Positions 37,499 to 47,231 of a stretch of DNA of 64,000 nt are shown one piece after another. Made by a program: the position numbers and the translations under genes. The stretch is from an uncultured bacterium (GTDB taxonomy: Bacteria; Auribacterota; Erginobacteria; Erginobacterales; Erginobacteraceae). A model generated the notes under the pieces. That model worked only from the letters and a program-made list of their open reading frames with translations, was not told the DNA's origin and searched no databases. The stretch covers positions 135,255 to 199,254 of the forward strand of contig CAWGIE010000033.1 in assembly GCA_963822585.1 (NCBI GenBank), written 5' to 3'. Position 1 is the first letter of the stretch, and each line of letters starts with the position of its first letter.

Positions 37499-40174
37499 TC
37501 ATTCGGATTTCGTCATTCCTCCGTCATTCGTCATTCGGATTTCGTCATTTCCTCCTGCTTCCTCCGGCTCCACCACGGCCACGGCATAATCGTCCGGGGA
37601 AAAATATTTCTTCGCGGCCCGGACCAGGTCCTCGGCGGTCAGGGACCTGATCCGGTCCTCATAGTGGCGGTAGTTATCGTATCCGAGGCCGTAGAGTTCA
37701 TCGACGGCCGCTTGGAAAGCCCTCTCGGCATTGGTCTGCATGTCGAACTGGAACTCCCCGATCAGTCGGTTCTTGTTCCGTTCTATCTCCCCGGGGGCAA
37801 ATCTTCCCGCCCGGACCCGCTCGATCTCTTCCCGGTAGGCCGCGAGAACCTCCCCGGCGCTTCCGGGCACCGTGCCGGCATAAAAAATGAAAGCTCCCGG
37901 ATCCAGCCCCAGGATCTGATAGGCGCCGACATAATAGGCCAGCCCCTTCTCTATCCTGACCCGGGAGAAAAGCGGGGCGCTCAACCCGGAAAAAACGGAA
38001 CTCAGCAACTCCAGGGCGTACCGGTCACGGCCATACACATCGGTCCCGGCGTACCCCTGCATGACCACCGTCTGCTTGATATCTTCCTTGGTCAGGGTAT
38101 CTTTTCTGACTCCGGTCGGCGCGGGCGCCATCCCCCCCTTGGGAACGAGCCTCTCTCCTTCCCGCATCCCTCCGAAGTCCCGGCCGACAACCGCCATCAC
38201 TTCATCCTCCGAGATATCCCCGAAAACAGCCAGAACGCCGTTGCGGGAGACGCAATATCGATCATAATAAGCCTCCAGGTCTTCCCGCGTCAGAGCGGCG
38301 ACCGCCTTTTCCGTTCCGAGCACGGAAAACCGGTAGGGGTTTTCGCCGAAGACCAGCTTCAGAAGAAGGCGGGATGCCAGTGAGCGGGGATCGTCGTTTT
38401 CCGCCTTGATCTCGGCCAGAAGAACGGCCCGTTCTTTCTCTATCTCCGATGCCGGGAAATCGGAGTTGGTGACCAGGTCGCCCAGCACGGCCAACGCCGA
38501 ACCCGTTCGGTCGGAAAGAATCTCCAGAGAACAGCCGAAAGTGTTCCGCGCTGAATAGGAGCTGATCGAACCGCCGTAGTCTTCTATCTCCCGGACAATC
38601 TGGAGCGCCGAGCGTTTTTTCGTGCCTTTCAGAAGCAGCCGGGAGACGAGCTGTGAAATCCCGTTGTTATCCTCCGTCTCCACCAGAACCCCCCCCGTGA
38701 ACACCATCCTGATCGAGACCAGGGGAATCGAGTGATCTTCACGAAGAAGAACGACAAGGCCGTTGTCAAGAACGGCCTTCTTGACCGGGGATTCGTTCTC
38801 GACACCGGAGGGGGGAGTGGACTCGGGGACCATGGTGGGCTTTATCGCCGCTATGGTAAGATTCTCTTCCCTGAAGTAGCGGGCAGCGGCGGCTTGAATA
38901 TCGTCGGGGGTAACCGAGGCGATACCGGCCAGGTAATACCGGGAGAAATCGGCGGAGCCGGCGGTGCAGAGATTGGAACCCAGATCCGAGGCCCGTCCTT
39001 CCGCCGTGGTCAGGGAATGAAGGTGTTCGCTGATAACCCGGGCGCGGGCCTTGGCCAGGTCTTCGGCGGAAACGGGTGTTCGTTTATATTCTTCCAGAAT
39101 TCCCCACACCGCTTCGCGAACAGCCGGAATCTTCTCGGGATCGGTCAGGACCTGGATAGTGAAAAGCCCGGGGAAAAGCGGTGTATAGGAATAGGCGCTG
39201 ACCGAATAGACGAGCCCCTGTTTCTCCCGGAGCGACTGATACAAGGTCGAGGTGTCGCCCTGCCCGGCCAGAAGGGCCAGCACATCGAGAGGGAAAAGAT
39301 CGCGGCTGTGGATGCTGGGGATATGGAAAGCGAAACACACCCGGGCCTGGGCCACGTCCATCTCCTCCTCCGCCTCCCGGAGACCGACCTGCGCCGGCTC
39401 CGCCGGAATATCGGCCACGGGGTAAGGTCCGGGGGGAAACGGGCCGAAAGATTCCCGGGCCGCGGCGAAGAAGTCTTCCGGAGCCAGATCTCCGGCCGCG
39501 ATCAGGACCATGTTGTTGGGAATATACCATCTGCGGTAATAATCATACACGTCATCCCGGGAGACTTTCTCGAAAAGCTCCCGGTACCCGATAACGGGGA
39601 AACGATAGGGGTGGACCCGGAAGGCGGTGCGCCAGAGCAGGTACTGGAGCCGCCGGTCCGGATCGTCCTGACCCATGTTGATCTCCTTGAGAATGACCTC
39701 TCGCTCGCTCTCCACCTCCTCGGGTTGAAAGTCAACCTCCAGGACCAGGGAACGAAGCAGATCAAGCGCCTTCCGCCAGTGGGCGGAAGGAATGGTGATC
39801 AGGAAGACGGTCTTGTCCATGGAGGTATAGGCGTTCACCGTGCCGCCCAGTTTCTGGACCTCTCGGGGGATCGCTCCTTTCAGGTCGCCCTTCGGGCCCT
39901 TGAAAGCCAGGTGCTCGATGAAATGAGAGAGGCCGGATCCCAGCAGCCGGTCTTCGAAAATGCTGCCGGCCTTGATCCAGAGCTGGAGAGACACCACCTG
40001 ATTCGCGTGGTCTTCATCAACCAGTACTTCCAGGCCGTTCTCCAGTGTCGCCTGGGGGATCGGCCGGGCTGCGCGCTCCGTCTCCACGTCCGCGTCCCCG
40101 GGTCGGGCCGGAAGCAAGGGGAATAGCAAAGCCGCAATCCAGACCAGGGCCACTATTTTTTTAGCGTCTGTCAT
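37499..40174 (-). CDS. M16 family zinc peptidase (insulinase)
   Basis: HFIEH (HxxEH), NAYTS, EREVILKE; duplicated second half lacking the metal motif. Confidence 0.93.
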   Translation of the reverse strand: MTDAKKIVALVWIAALLFPLLPARPGDADVETERAARPIPQATLENGLEVLVDEDHANQVVSLQLWIKAGSIFEDRLLGSGLSHFIEHLAFKGPKGDLKGAIPREVQKLGGTVNAYTSMDKTVFLITIPSAHWRKALDLLRSLVLEVDFQPEEVESEREVILKEINMGQDDPDRRLQYLLWRTAFRVHPYRFPVIGYRELFEKVSRDDVYDYYRRWYIPNNMVLIAAGDLAPEDFFAAARESFGPFPPGPYPVADIPAEPAQVGLREAEEEMDVAQARVCFAFHIPSIHSRDLFPLDVLALLAGQGDTSTLYQSLREKQGLVYSVSAYSYTPLFPGLFTIQVLTDPEKIPAVREAVWGILEEYKRTPVSAEDLAKARARVISEHLHSLTTAEGRASDLGSNLCTAGSADFSRYYLAGIASVTPDDIQAAAARYFREENLTIAAIKPTMVPESTPPSGVENESPVKKAVLDNGLVVLLREDHSIPLVSIRMVFTGGVLVETEDNNGISQLVSRLLLKGTKKRSALQIVREIEDYGGSISSYSARNTFGCSLEILSDRTGSALAVLGDLVTNSDFPASEIEKERAVLLAEIKAENDDPRSLASRLLLKLVFGENPYRFSVLGTEKAVAALTREDLEAYYDRYCVSRNGVLAVFGDISEDEVMAVVGRDFGGMREGERLVPKGGMAPAPTGVRKDTLTKEDIKQTVVMQGYAGTDVYGRDRYALELLSSVFSGLSAPLFSRVRIEKGLAYYVGAYQILGLDPGAFIFYAGTVPGSAGEVLAAYREEIERVRAGRFAPGEIERNKNRLIGEFQFDMQTNAERAFQAAVDELYGLGYDNYRHYEDRIRSLTAEDLVRAAKKYFSPDDYAVAVVEPEEAGGNDEIRMTNDGGMTKSE

Positions 40175-40253
40175 TGGTTTCGATCGATTAACCGAAAAAT
40201 TTCCTGAGTAGGATATTATCAATAAACATAGGCACTGCTATCGATATTATCTT

Positions 40254-40321
40254 TGGCATTGTTCAAAACAACCGGGTATCCGGGCGCCTGCCGGTACCGG
40301 CAGGCGCCCGGATACCCGGTT
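40254..40321. repeat. TGGCATTGTTCAAAAC motif plus 52-bp perfect palindrome ending in a stop codon
   Basis: 40270-40321 is a perfect palindrome. Confidence 0.9.
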
Positions 40322-40673
40322 AATCGAAGACCGCGCGGAAGTCATAGCCCCCCGCGAAGTCCTGCTTGGAATCCTGATCGGTCTTCTTGAGCAAGCCTTT
40401 GTCAACCATGTTGAACACAATCTCCCCGAAATCCTCGCAGCGAAATACCCCCCAGTGCTCCAGCACGTCACGGCCCAGGGGACCGTATTCCTCCCGGGTG
40501 TATTGCCGGATCGCCTCCAGCAGTTCGCGCCCGGAGACATGTCTGCGTTCTTCCAGGTTCGAGATCAAAAATGCCAGCGATCTCTGCACCAGGAGGTAGG
40601 CCTCGATGTCGTAACGGGGATCAGACTCGACGATCTCCCCAAGCAAGGCAATATAATCGTCCGTATCCGGCAT
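40320..40673 (-). CDS. Planctomycetes/Verrucomicrobia-type conserved protein (Minf_1886-like)
   Basis: DPRY..EAY, HVSGRELL, YGPL, WGV...DFGEIVFNMV, DSKQDF. Confidence 0.8.
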   Translation of the reverse strand: MPDTDDYIALLGEIVESDPRYDIEAYLLVQRSLAFLISNLEERRHVSGRELLEAIRQYTREEYGPLGRDVLEHWGVFRCEDFGEIVFNMVDKGLLKKTDQDSKQDFAGGYDFRAVFD

Positions 40674-40883
40674 GGTGAAAATACCTTTAACCTGGATTAT
40701 TCAATATATTACGGATAGCAGACATATCAACACGGTAACAGCAGACTGTTTTATCTCAGCCGATAGGCCAACGATTTACGTCTGCCGGCAATAATGCAAT
40801 CGATAACAGACGTTTGTCAAAAAGTGCTTGCGAAAGAATATGATATGATCGAAACCTTATTCTGTTATTACACGTTTTTGCTT

Positions 40884-40950
40884 TGTCGTTGTTCAAAACT
40901 AACTCGATTTACTCATGAAAATTTTCAATTTTCATGAGTAAATCGAGTTA
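40884..40950. repeat. TGTCGTTGTTCAAAAC motif plus 24-bp-stem hairpin ending in a stop codon
   Basis: 40900-40923 pairs with 40927-40950, loop TTC. Confidence 0.9.
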
Positions 40951-41481
40951 ACCGGTTATCTGCTCGCCCCGGTCTTCACTGCTGTACATAAGGGTATAGC
41001 GTCTCTGCTCATCCTTGTTGAGCGCTTCGAAGTTATCCTTCTTCAGCCGGAGAAAATTCTTTTCCGTGGCCCGGGCCATTATTTTTAACTCGTTGATAAT
41101 GCTTATGGCCCGGGCGCGGTGAGATATTTTGAACTCCCGGATCAATCCCGGGTTATCGCTGAGGAAACGGTTTAAAAAGCTGGTGTCCTGATTCAAGATA
41201 CCTTCATGATCGACGATGTTTTTCACCGCCCCGGTCGCGTCGAGAAACATCCGGAGAAAACGAATAAAATCCAGCTCCTCCTGTTCGACAATGATCCCCC
41301 GGAGGGAGAAATTCGCTTCCACATAGGCGACCCGTATCCTCTCGGAAATGGCGTCGATGATCTTCTTCCGGGAGGAGAAAGAGCGGCCTTCGAAAGCATA
41401 TTTCAATAACGCCAGACTTTCCTCGTAATTTCTATCCCGGAGGGCCAGATGGACCGGCCGGTTGATGGAGATCTTGCCCAT
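40948..41481 (-). CDS. Hypothetical protein
   Basis: 177-aa ORF with GGAG upstream and protein-like composition; no motif recognised. Confidence 0.65.
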   Translation of the reverse strand: MGKISINRPVHLALRDRNYEESLALLKYAFEGRSFSSRKKIIDAISERIRVAYVEANFSLRGIIVEQEELDFIRFLRMFLDATGAVKNIVDHEGILNQDTSFLNRFLSDNPGLIREFKISHRARAISIINELKIMARATEKNFLRLKKDNFEALNKDEQRRYTLMYSSEDRGEQITG

Positions 41482-41708
41482 ACTATTTTACTCCGCTAAT
41501 AAATTAGCTCGCTAAGCTCACTAATTTATGTAAGCCCCCCGATTGAATCAATCGGGGGGACTATTGCTTAAACAACACTATCTTCTCTGAAGGCATCATA
41601 GCAAAAGGTATTCCTCGCCATCACCGATAATCATCATTCAGATATCCGGCGGTGAACGGCTGATATTGTGACAGGACGAACCCCTGTTTCAATTTATTTT
41701 ACCATACG

Positions 41709-44531
41709 TCAGGGATGATTGCCCGAATTTAGAAAGGTAAAGAGCACCATCGTTATGTCGTCGAACTGCTCCCGACCGGACTGGAAGGATGAAACCTGAT
41801 CGCAAATGGCCTTCCAGAGCTCCCGATTGTGGAGGCCGGTATTCCGGCTGACATTATCAAGGAGTCTTTCCTCGCCGAAAAGCTGGTTCTCCTCGTTAAA
41901 GGCCTCGGTGACGCCGTCAGTGTAGAGAATCAGCCTCTCGCCTTTGGCAAGCGTCAATGCACCATCGGTGAACTCGGCGTCCTCGATAATGCCGACCGCC
42001 GGGTTCTTGCCGGCGCCTTCTGACGCCGCGAGCAGTGCGACCCCGGTTGATTTCACGATCACCGGGGGATTGTGGCCGGCGTTACAGAAGGTGATCCGCC
42101 CCGTTTTCAGGTTGCAGATGAAATAGAAGACGGTCACGAAAAGCGTGGAAGGATTGTCGGCGGCGATGATCCTGTTGGTGCGGGTAATGGCGTCGGCGGC
42201 ACTGAGATTATTGACCGCGTTATTCCGCAACAGAGTCCGGACGACCATCATGAAAAGGCCGGCCGGCATCCCTTTCCCGGAGACATCCGCCACCACGACG
42301 CCGATATGGTCACGGTCAACCGGAAAGAAATCGTAATAATCCCCGCCGACCTCACGGGCGGGCAACATCCGGGCGAAGATCTCCACCGAGGGGCATTCCG
42401 GAGTAGGGGGAAAAACCTCGGGAAGGATACTCTGCTGGACCTGGCGAGCCACCTGAAGCTCGGTCTCGATCCGTTCTTTTTCCGCCGTGGTCCGGGCCAG
42501 ATCGCGGGTGTATGTCTTCAGGTCCCCGACCATCTGATTGAAGGCGCCGGCCACGCTCTCGATCTCATCGCGCGAACGCACGGAGATCTTCTGTTCGAAA
42601 TCCCCCCTGCTCACGACCTTGATCCCCTGGATAAGCCGGCGGAGCGGATGGGTGAAGAGAAAAGAGAAGAGAAGAACAAGCAGGGCTGCCGTCAATACGG
42701 TATAGCCGACGTCCTTGCGGATCGCCGAGGCGGCGCGACGGTCGGCCCGGTCCATCTCTTCCGTCGGCCGATAGAGTTCGAGCACGTTGAGTACCCGTTT
42801 TTCATCGCAGGCCCCGGCCGCTCCGTCCCCGGTTCCATCATTCCCGTCATCAAGGATAGGCACCAGGTAGCTGAACCATTCTCCCTGCTCATCGGTGAAT
42901 CGTCCGTACTGGGGGGTCTTCTGATCGAGAACATCCTTGAATATCTTCCGGTCGGCGGGGACAATGAACGGCTCGTAGATCGACCCCCGCCAGATATTAA
43001 TACCAAAGAAATACCTTCCCTCCTTATCGATCAGGTGGATGATCCACTTGGGGGTATATTCAACTTTCTCCCAGTTCACGATCCCGGCAACACGGTCGTA
43101 CACTTCCTTGTAAAGCGGCTTTTCCCGGTCATTCAATCCTCGGAGCTGCTTCAGGTCGGAGACCGGCACCGCTTCCAGAATCGCCGCCGCCAGGTTGGCC
43201 GAGCGGCGGACATACTCAGCGTCCAGATCTTTTTTCATGATGGTCCTGACTTCGTCTCCCACGATCAAAGCGCTGATCACGATCACGGGGACGAAGAGGA
43301 GCAGCAGCTTGGCAACGAAGGGAAATCTCAGCCGGGCCGCCAGTTCCGTCAGCCGGCGGGAGAAGACCGCGGCCAGCAGGAAGAGCGCGGCCAGACCGAT
43401 AAAAAGTCCCGACCGAAGAGGCTGCCGGGACCGGTAGGCGGTGACAAATGAAAAGCCGCGGCTCAGGGTGATCAGGTCGCGGTTGACCAGATCGAAGGTG
43501 ACGATCTCTCCACCCGGTTCCATCTTATAAATCGGGCCGACCAGGATGTCGGTGAAGTGGTCCTGGTATCCCTCCCGGCGGGGATCGATCGTCAGCAGGA
43601 CCCTCCCTTCCGGGGAGAATTGAACCCAGGTCCGGTTCCCGGTGCTGGCCACCGTCAGGCTCCTCGGCAGATCATGCGCGAGGGTAATAAAAAAAAGTTC
43701 CGACGGCGCCAGGAGATCTCCCTCTTCCCAGCCCACGGTGCCGATATCCGTATATTCGCGAAAATCCGGGCTGTACTCCCTGATCCGGTTCGTGGACCCG
43801 GAAGAGAGATAGACCCTTCCCTCCCCGCCGACCGCGATCCCATCCCAGCTCGAGAAAGCTCCGTTCTCCTCCCCTCCGGCCGTGATTTCCGGAGGAAGTA
43901 CCCCGCCGGCCATGGAAACGGAGCCGGCCGGAGGTATTTTCCAGATCGGCTGTTGTCCGGGACAGTTATTGACAAAATAATGCCAGCCTTCCGGCCCCGC
44001 GGAATAATTAAGCTCGGGGACATCGGCCGGGTTTTGAAGCAGGATGGTGAATATCTCCCGGGGCGGCCGCCGGAACGACCGGTACTCCCGGAACCGGTAC
44101 CCGATGAACTCTTCCTCCCGGTCTTTTTCCCCCTGTTTGCGGGTATAGATATAGCTGTGAACGATCACGCCCTCCGGGCCCGGATATAGTTTGCGGACCA
44201 TATAGTAATGCCCGGCATCCTCCGGCTCGATCCGGTAACGGCCCCGCAGCTCCAGAGGTTTGTCCGGGGCGAGATACTCAAGGTCGAGGATCGTGTTGCC
44301 CTTCTTTTCCAGGACATAGAGCCGGGAACCGACCACGGTGTAGGCGATCGGGACTTCAAACTTTTTGACCGTGGTATACTGCAGGCAGGCGACAAGGAGG
44401 GCGCCGATGGCCAGAATAATACAGAGAACGGCGAAGATCCTCCGGCCCGGAGGTGGGGACGGGGAAGGCTCAATCTTCTTGTTGCCGCGAGAAAACAACA
44501 GCCGCGCGGTCCGGTGCGGTAAACTAATCAT
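41709..44531 (-). CDS. Membrane sensor with NHL-like propeller, HAMP and SpoIIE/PP2C phosphatase domain
   Basis: EVGGDYYD, ADVSGKG, NAGHNPP, LYTDGVTEA, DDIT; HAMP SRDEIESVAGAFNQM. Confidence 0.9.
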   Translation of the reverse strand: MISLPHRTARLLFSRGNKKIEPSPSPPPGRRIFAVLCIILAIGALLVACLQYTTVKKFEVPIAYTVVGSRLYVLEKKGNTILDLEYLAPDKPLELRGRYRIEPEDAGHYYMVRKLYPGPEGVIVHSYIYTRKQGEKDREEEFIGYRFREYRSFRRPPREIFTILLQNPADVPELNYSAGPEGWHYFVNNCPGQQPIWKIPPAGSVSMAGGVLPPEITAGGEENGAFSSWDGIAVGGEGRVYLSSGSTNRIREYSPDFREYTDIGTVGWEEGDLLAPSELFFITLAHDLPRSLTVASTGNRTWVQFSPEGRVLLTIDPRREGYQDHFTDILVGPIYKMEPGGEIVTFDLVNRDLITLSRGFSFVTAYRSRQPLRSGLFIGLAALFLLAAVFSRRLTELAARLRFPFVAKLLLLFVPVIVISALIVGDEVRTIMKKDLDAEYVRRSANLAAAILEAVPVSDLKQLRGLNDREKPLYKEVYDRVAGIVNWEKVEYTPKWIIHLIDKEGRYFFGINIWRGSIYEPFIVPADRKIFKDVLDQKTPQYGRFTDEQGEWFSYLVPILDDGNDGTGDGAAGACDEKRVLNVLELYRPTEEMDRADRRAASAIRKDVGYTVLTAALLVLLFSFLFTHPLRRLIQGIKVVSRGDFEQKISVRSRDEIESVAGAFNQMVGDLKTYTRDLARTTAEKERIETELQVARQVQQSILPEVFPPTPECPSVEIFARMLPAREVGGDYYDFFPVDRDHIGVVVADVSGKGMPAGLFMMVVRTLLRNNAVNNLSAADAITRTNRIIAADNPSTLFVTVFYFICNLKTGRITFCNAGHNPPVIVKSTGVALLAASEGAGKNPAVGIIEDAEFTDGALTLAKGERLILYTDGVTEAFNEENQLFGEERLLDNVSRNTGLHNRELWKAICDQVSSFQSGREQFDDITMVLFTFLNSGNHP

Positions 44532-44639
44532 GGATTAACATTATGATCAATACGTGCGCACTGCGGTCAATACCGGCTTCGGTATTGATCAAAACTTAAC
44601 CGGTTCACTCGCGCCTGCCGGCAGGCGGGAAGTGACCGG

Positions 44640-45560
44640 CTAAAACCGGTAAGACAGGGAGCAGCCGGCGTATCCCGAGTCCTTCATATTGCCGTCATAG
44701 AGCTTGCTGCTGGAGTCGTCGTCGCGAAACTCAAATTGCCGGGCGACGGCGACACCGCCGTCCAGGCGGAGAACAATGTGATCGGTGAAGTAGAAGTCGA
44801 CAAACGGACCCAGCAAAGTCTGGGTGTACTCGGCAACGGTGTTGTTCCAGGGATTGCCCTCGCTGAGGCGGCACTGATTTCCTTCCACGTTGCATTTCAG
44901 CCCGACCGCCAGCCGGGGAATGGGCCGGTAGGAAAAAACCAGATACTGGGGGAGAAAAGCGTCCAGGCTCAGGGTGTCGTTGATCTGCCACTGGACGCCG
45001 ACCAGGGGAAGGAGCTGGGGGTGCCCAAAGGAGTCGTCGTAATAGATACCGGCGGAGAGAGCGAGAGAGTCGTTCAGCTGATATGTCGCTATAGCCGCGC
45101 CGGAGAAGTAAATATCTTTACCGCTCACATCGTCAAGGTCGCTGTGAATACCGGGATAGAGGAGGACCGTTGACCCCCATTTCGCATCCCACTGGATATT
45201 GCCCCCCATGATCAGGTCGATGACATGGAGGTTCCGAGGGAGATCCTTCTCGGTGAACAATCCATTCGGGGTCGGATAATTGAACGTCAGGTCTTTGTAA
45301 TCCAGATAGAGACCGTCATAGGAGAGCCCGGGGAGAATAACCAGTGTATCGCTGAGGACGACCGGGACCATGGCCATGGTTTTCACCACGTTCATCGATA
45401 TTTGCCCTTCCTCCTCCTCCAGATCGGTGTAGGGGACATAGAAATACCTCAGGTTCACGGCTTTATCGGATTCCCAGCCGAAGGCCGACCGAGACGCCGG
45501 TAAGAGCGATATCCCCCAACAGATGGCGACAGCCGTCCAAAAACCGTATCTTCTCATCAT
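44640..45560 (-). CDS. Outer membrane beta-barrel protein (DUF6268-like)
   Basis: Signal peptide, amphipathic strands, LLPLVGVQW, terminal SYRF. Confidence 0.7.
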   Translation of the reverse strand: MMRRYGFWTAVAICWGISLLPASRSAFGWESDKAVNLRYFYVPYTDLEEEEGQISMNVVKTMAMVPVVLSDTLVILPGLSYDGLYLDYKDLTFNYPTPNGLFTEKDLPRNLHVIDLIMGGNIQWDAKWGSTVLLYPGIHSDLDDVSGKDIYFSGAAIATYQLNDSLALSAGIYYDDSFGHPQLLPLVGVQWQINDTLSLDAFLPQYLVFSYRPIPRLAVGLKCNVEGNQCRLSEGNPWNNTVAEYTQTLLGPFVDFYFTDHIVLRLDGGVAVARQFEFRDDDSSSKLYDGNMKDSGYAGCSLSYRF

Positions 45561-45776
45561 GGATCTCCTCTGGTTGTCCGGGACCGGCCCGGGTCGGCGA
45601 TACTCTGGATTACGCACTATAGCATCGGGGCCGGCATATCGTCCAGAATTGAATCGTTCGCGGAGGCAAGACGGTGTGCCGGCAATCATTACCCGGACAA
45701 GCTTCTTCGGGTAAAACGATTGAATTTATTGCCGATAGGGGTATAGAATGCGCTTTTGGTTAGGGGGAAAAATACT

Positions 45777-46307
45777 GTGAAGATCGCTGTCGGATCCCAA
45801 AACCCGGTCAAAATCGCCGCCGCCCGGGCCGTCCTGGCCCGGATCTGGCCCCCTGCCCGGGTCGAGGAGGTGGCGGTCGATTCCACGGTCTCCGATATGC
45901 CCCTGACCGAAGCGGAAGCGATCGAGGGAGCGCGGCAGCGGGCCCGGCAGGCACAATCGCTGGTCGGCGCCGATCTGGGAATCGGCCTCGAGGGGGCCTC
46001 GGCCGTCATCGATGGACGGCAGATGACGGCGGGGTGGGCGGCCGTCTTCGACGGCAAGCGTTTTGGTATCGGGGGGGGCGCCCACCTGCAGCTGCCGCCT
46101 CAAGTCGAGCGGAAGATACTCCGGGAAGGGAAAGAACTGGGAACCGCCATCGATGAGCTGATCGGCGCTGAGAATACCAAGCAAAAGATGGGCGCGATCG
46201 GGGTTCTGACCGGGGGCCTGAGCAACCGGCAGCAAGCATATGAATACGTTCTCATCTATGCCCTGATCCCGTTCATCTCCCCTCTTATTTTTTCTTCGAA
46301 AAAATAA
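45777..46307 (+). CDS. yjjX: Inosine/xanthosine triphosphatase (YjjX-like), paralog 1
   Basis: AVGSQNPVK, GARQRA, GIGLEG, KMGAIGVLTGG...R. Confidence 0.85.
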   Translation: MKIAVGSQNPVKIAAARAVLARIWPPARVEEVAVDSTVSDMPLTEAEAIEGARQRARQAQSLVGADLGIGLEGASAVIDGRQMTAGWAAVFDGKRFGIGGGAHLQLPPQVERKILREGKELGTAIDELIGAENTKQKMGAIGVLTGGLSNRQQAYEYVLIYALIPFISPLIFSSKK

Positions 46308-46532
46308 GAATGTGCACGCATTGAACCGATAGTGCAGGGATATTTTAAAAAAAATTCATGTAATTCGCGTAATTCGTAGTTTTATTTAGTCGCCCGAGCG
46401 AAGCGAGGGCTAAGTTCCTGTTTCGGAATTTCAATAACGTAGTGTGAAGTGAAAGGTGTAAAGTGGAAAGTTCCATTACACTTTACACATTGCACTTTAC
46501 ACTACAAGTTGCGCCGGAGGCGCTACCTTATA

Positions 46533-47057
46533 ATGAGAATAGCCGTCGGCTCGAAAAATCCCCTGAAACTATCCTCGGCGAGAAACGTTCTGGAGCGCGT
46601 TCAGCCGGGGGCCGAGTTCATGGCGGTTGGGGTTGATTCCGGCGTCTCCCATACCCCGCTCACCAACGAAGAGACCATCGCCGGAGCCCGGCAGAGGGCG
46701 AGAGTGGCACGGGAGGCCACCGGAAGCGACTGGGGGATCGGCCTGGAAGGGGGGATGACCCGGGTTGCCGGGTATTGGTTCACCTGCGTCTGGTGCGTGA
46801 TCCGGGACGGCGGCGGGGAGACCGTGGGCGGCGGGGTCCACTTTCAACTGCCGGAGCGGGTTGTCCGGATGATCCTGCATGACGGAAAAGAAATGGGACC
46901 CGCCATGGATGCCTTGACCGGCGTCGCGCAGAGCAAACGGAAGATGGGCGCTGAAGGGATATTGACCGGCGGTTTGATCGACCGGGAAAAAACCTTCGAG
47001 AACGCCGTTATCTATGCCCTTGCGCCGCGGATTTCAGAAGCATATTATAGAACGTAG
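46533..47057 (+). CDS. yjjX: Inosine/xanthosine triphosphatase (YjjX-like), paralog 2
   Basis: AVGSKNPLK, VDSGVS, GARQRA, GIGLEGG, KMGAEGILTGG. Confidence 0.87.
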   Translation: MRIAVGSKNPLKLSSARNVLERVQPGAEFMAVGVDSGVSHTPLTNEETIAGARQRARVAREATGSDWGIGLEGGMTRVAGYWFTCVWCVIRDGGGETVGGGVHFQLPERVVRMILHDGKEMGPAMDALTGVAQSKRKMGAEGILTGGLIDREKTFENAVIYALAPRISEAYYRT

Positions 47058-47231
47058 CCCTCACTTCGTTCGGGCAACGTTCCGGAGTGTTGGAGAGACG
47101 GAGTATTGGAGTACTGAGAGCCCTCCTCCCGGCCCCCAATACTCCATGATTCCAGTATTCCATCACTCCACGTTTCCGGGCTGTTACTGACATTCCGAGA
47201 AAAATATGTTCGCCTCCGGAGTAACTGTACA

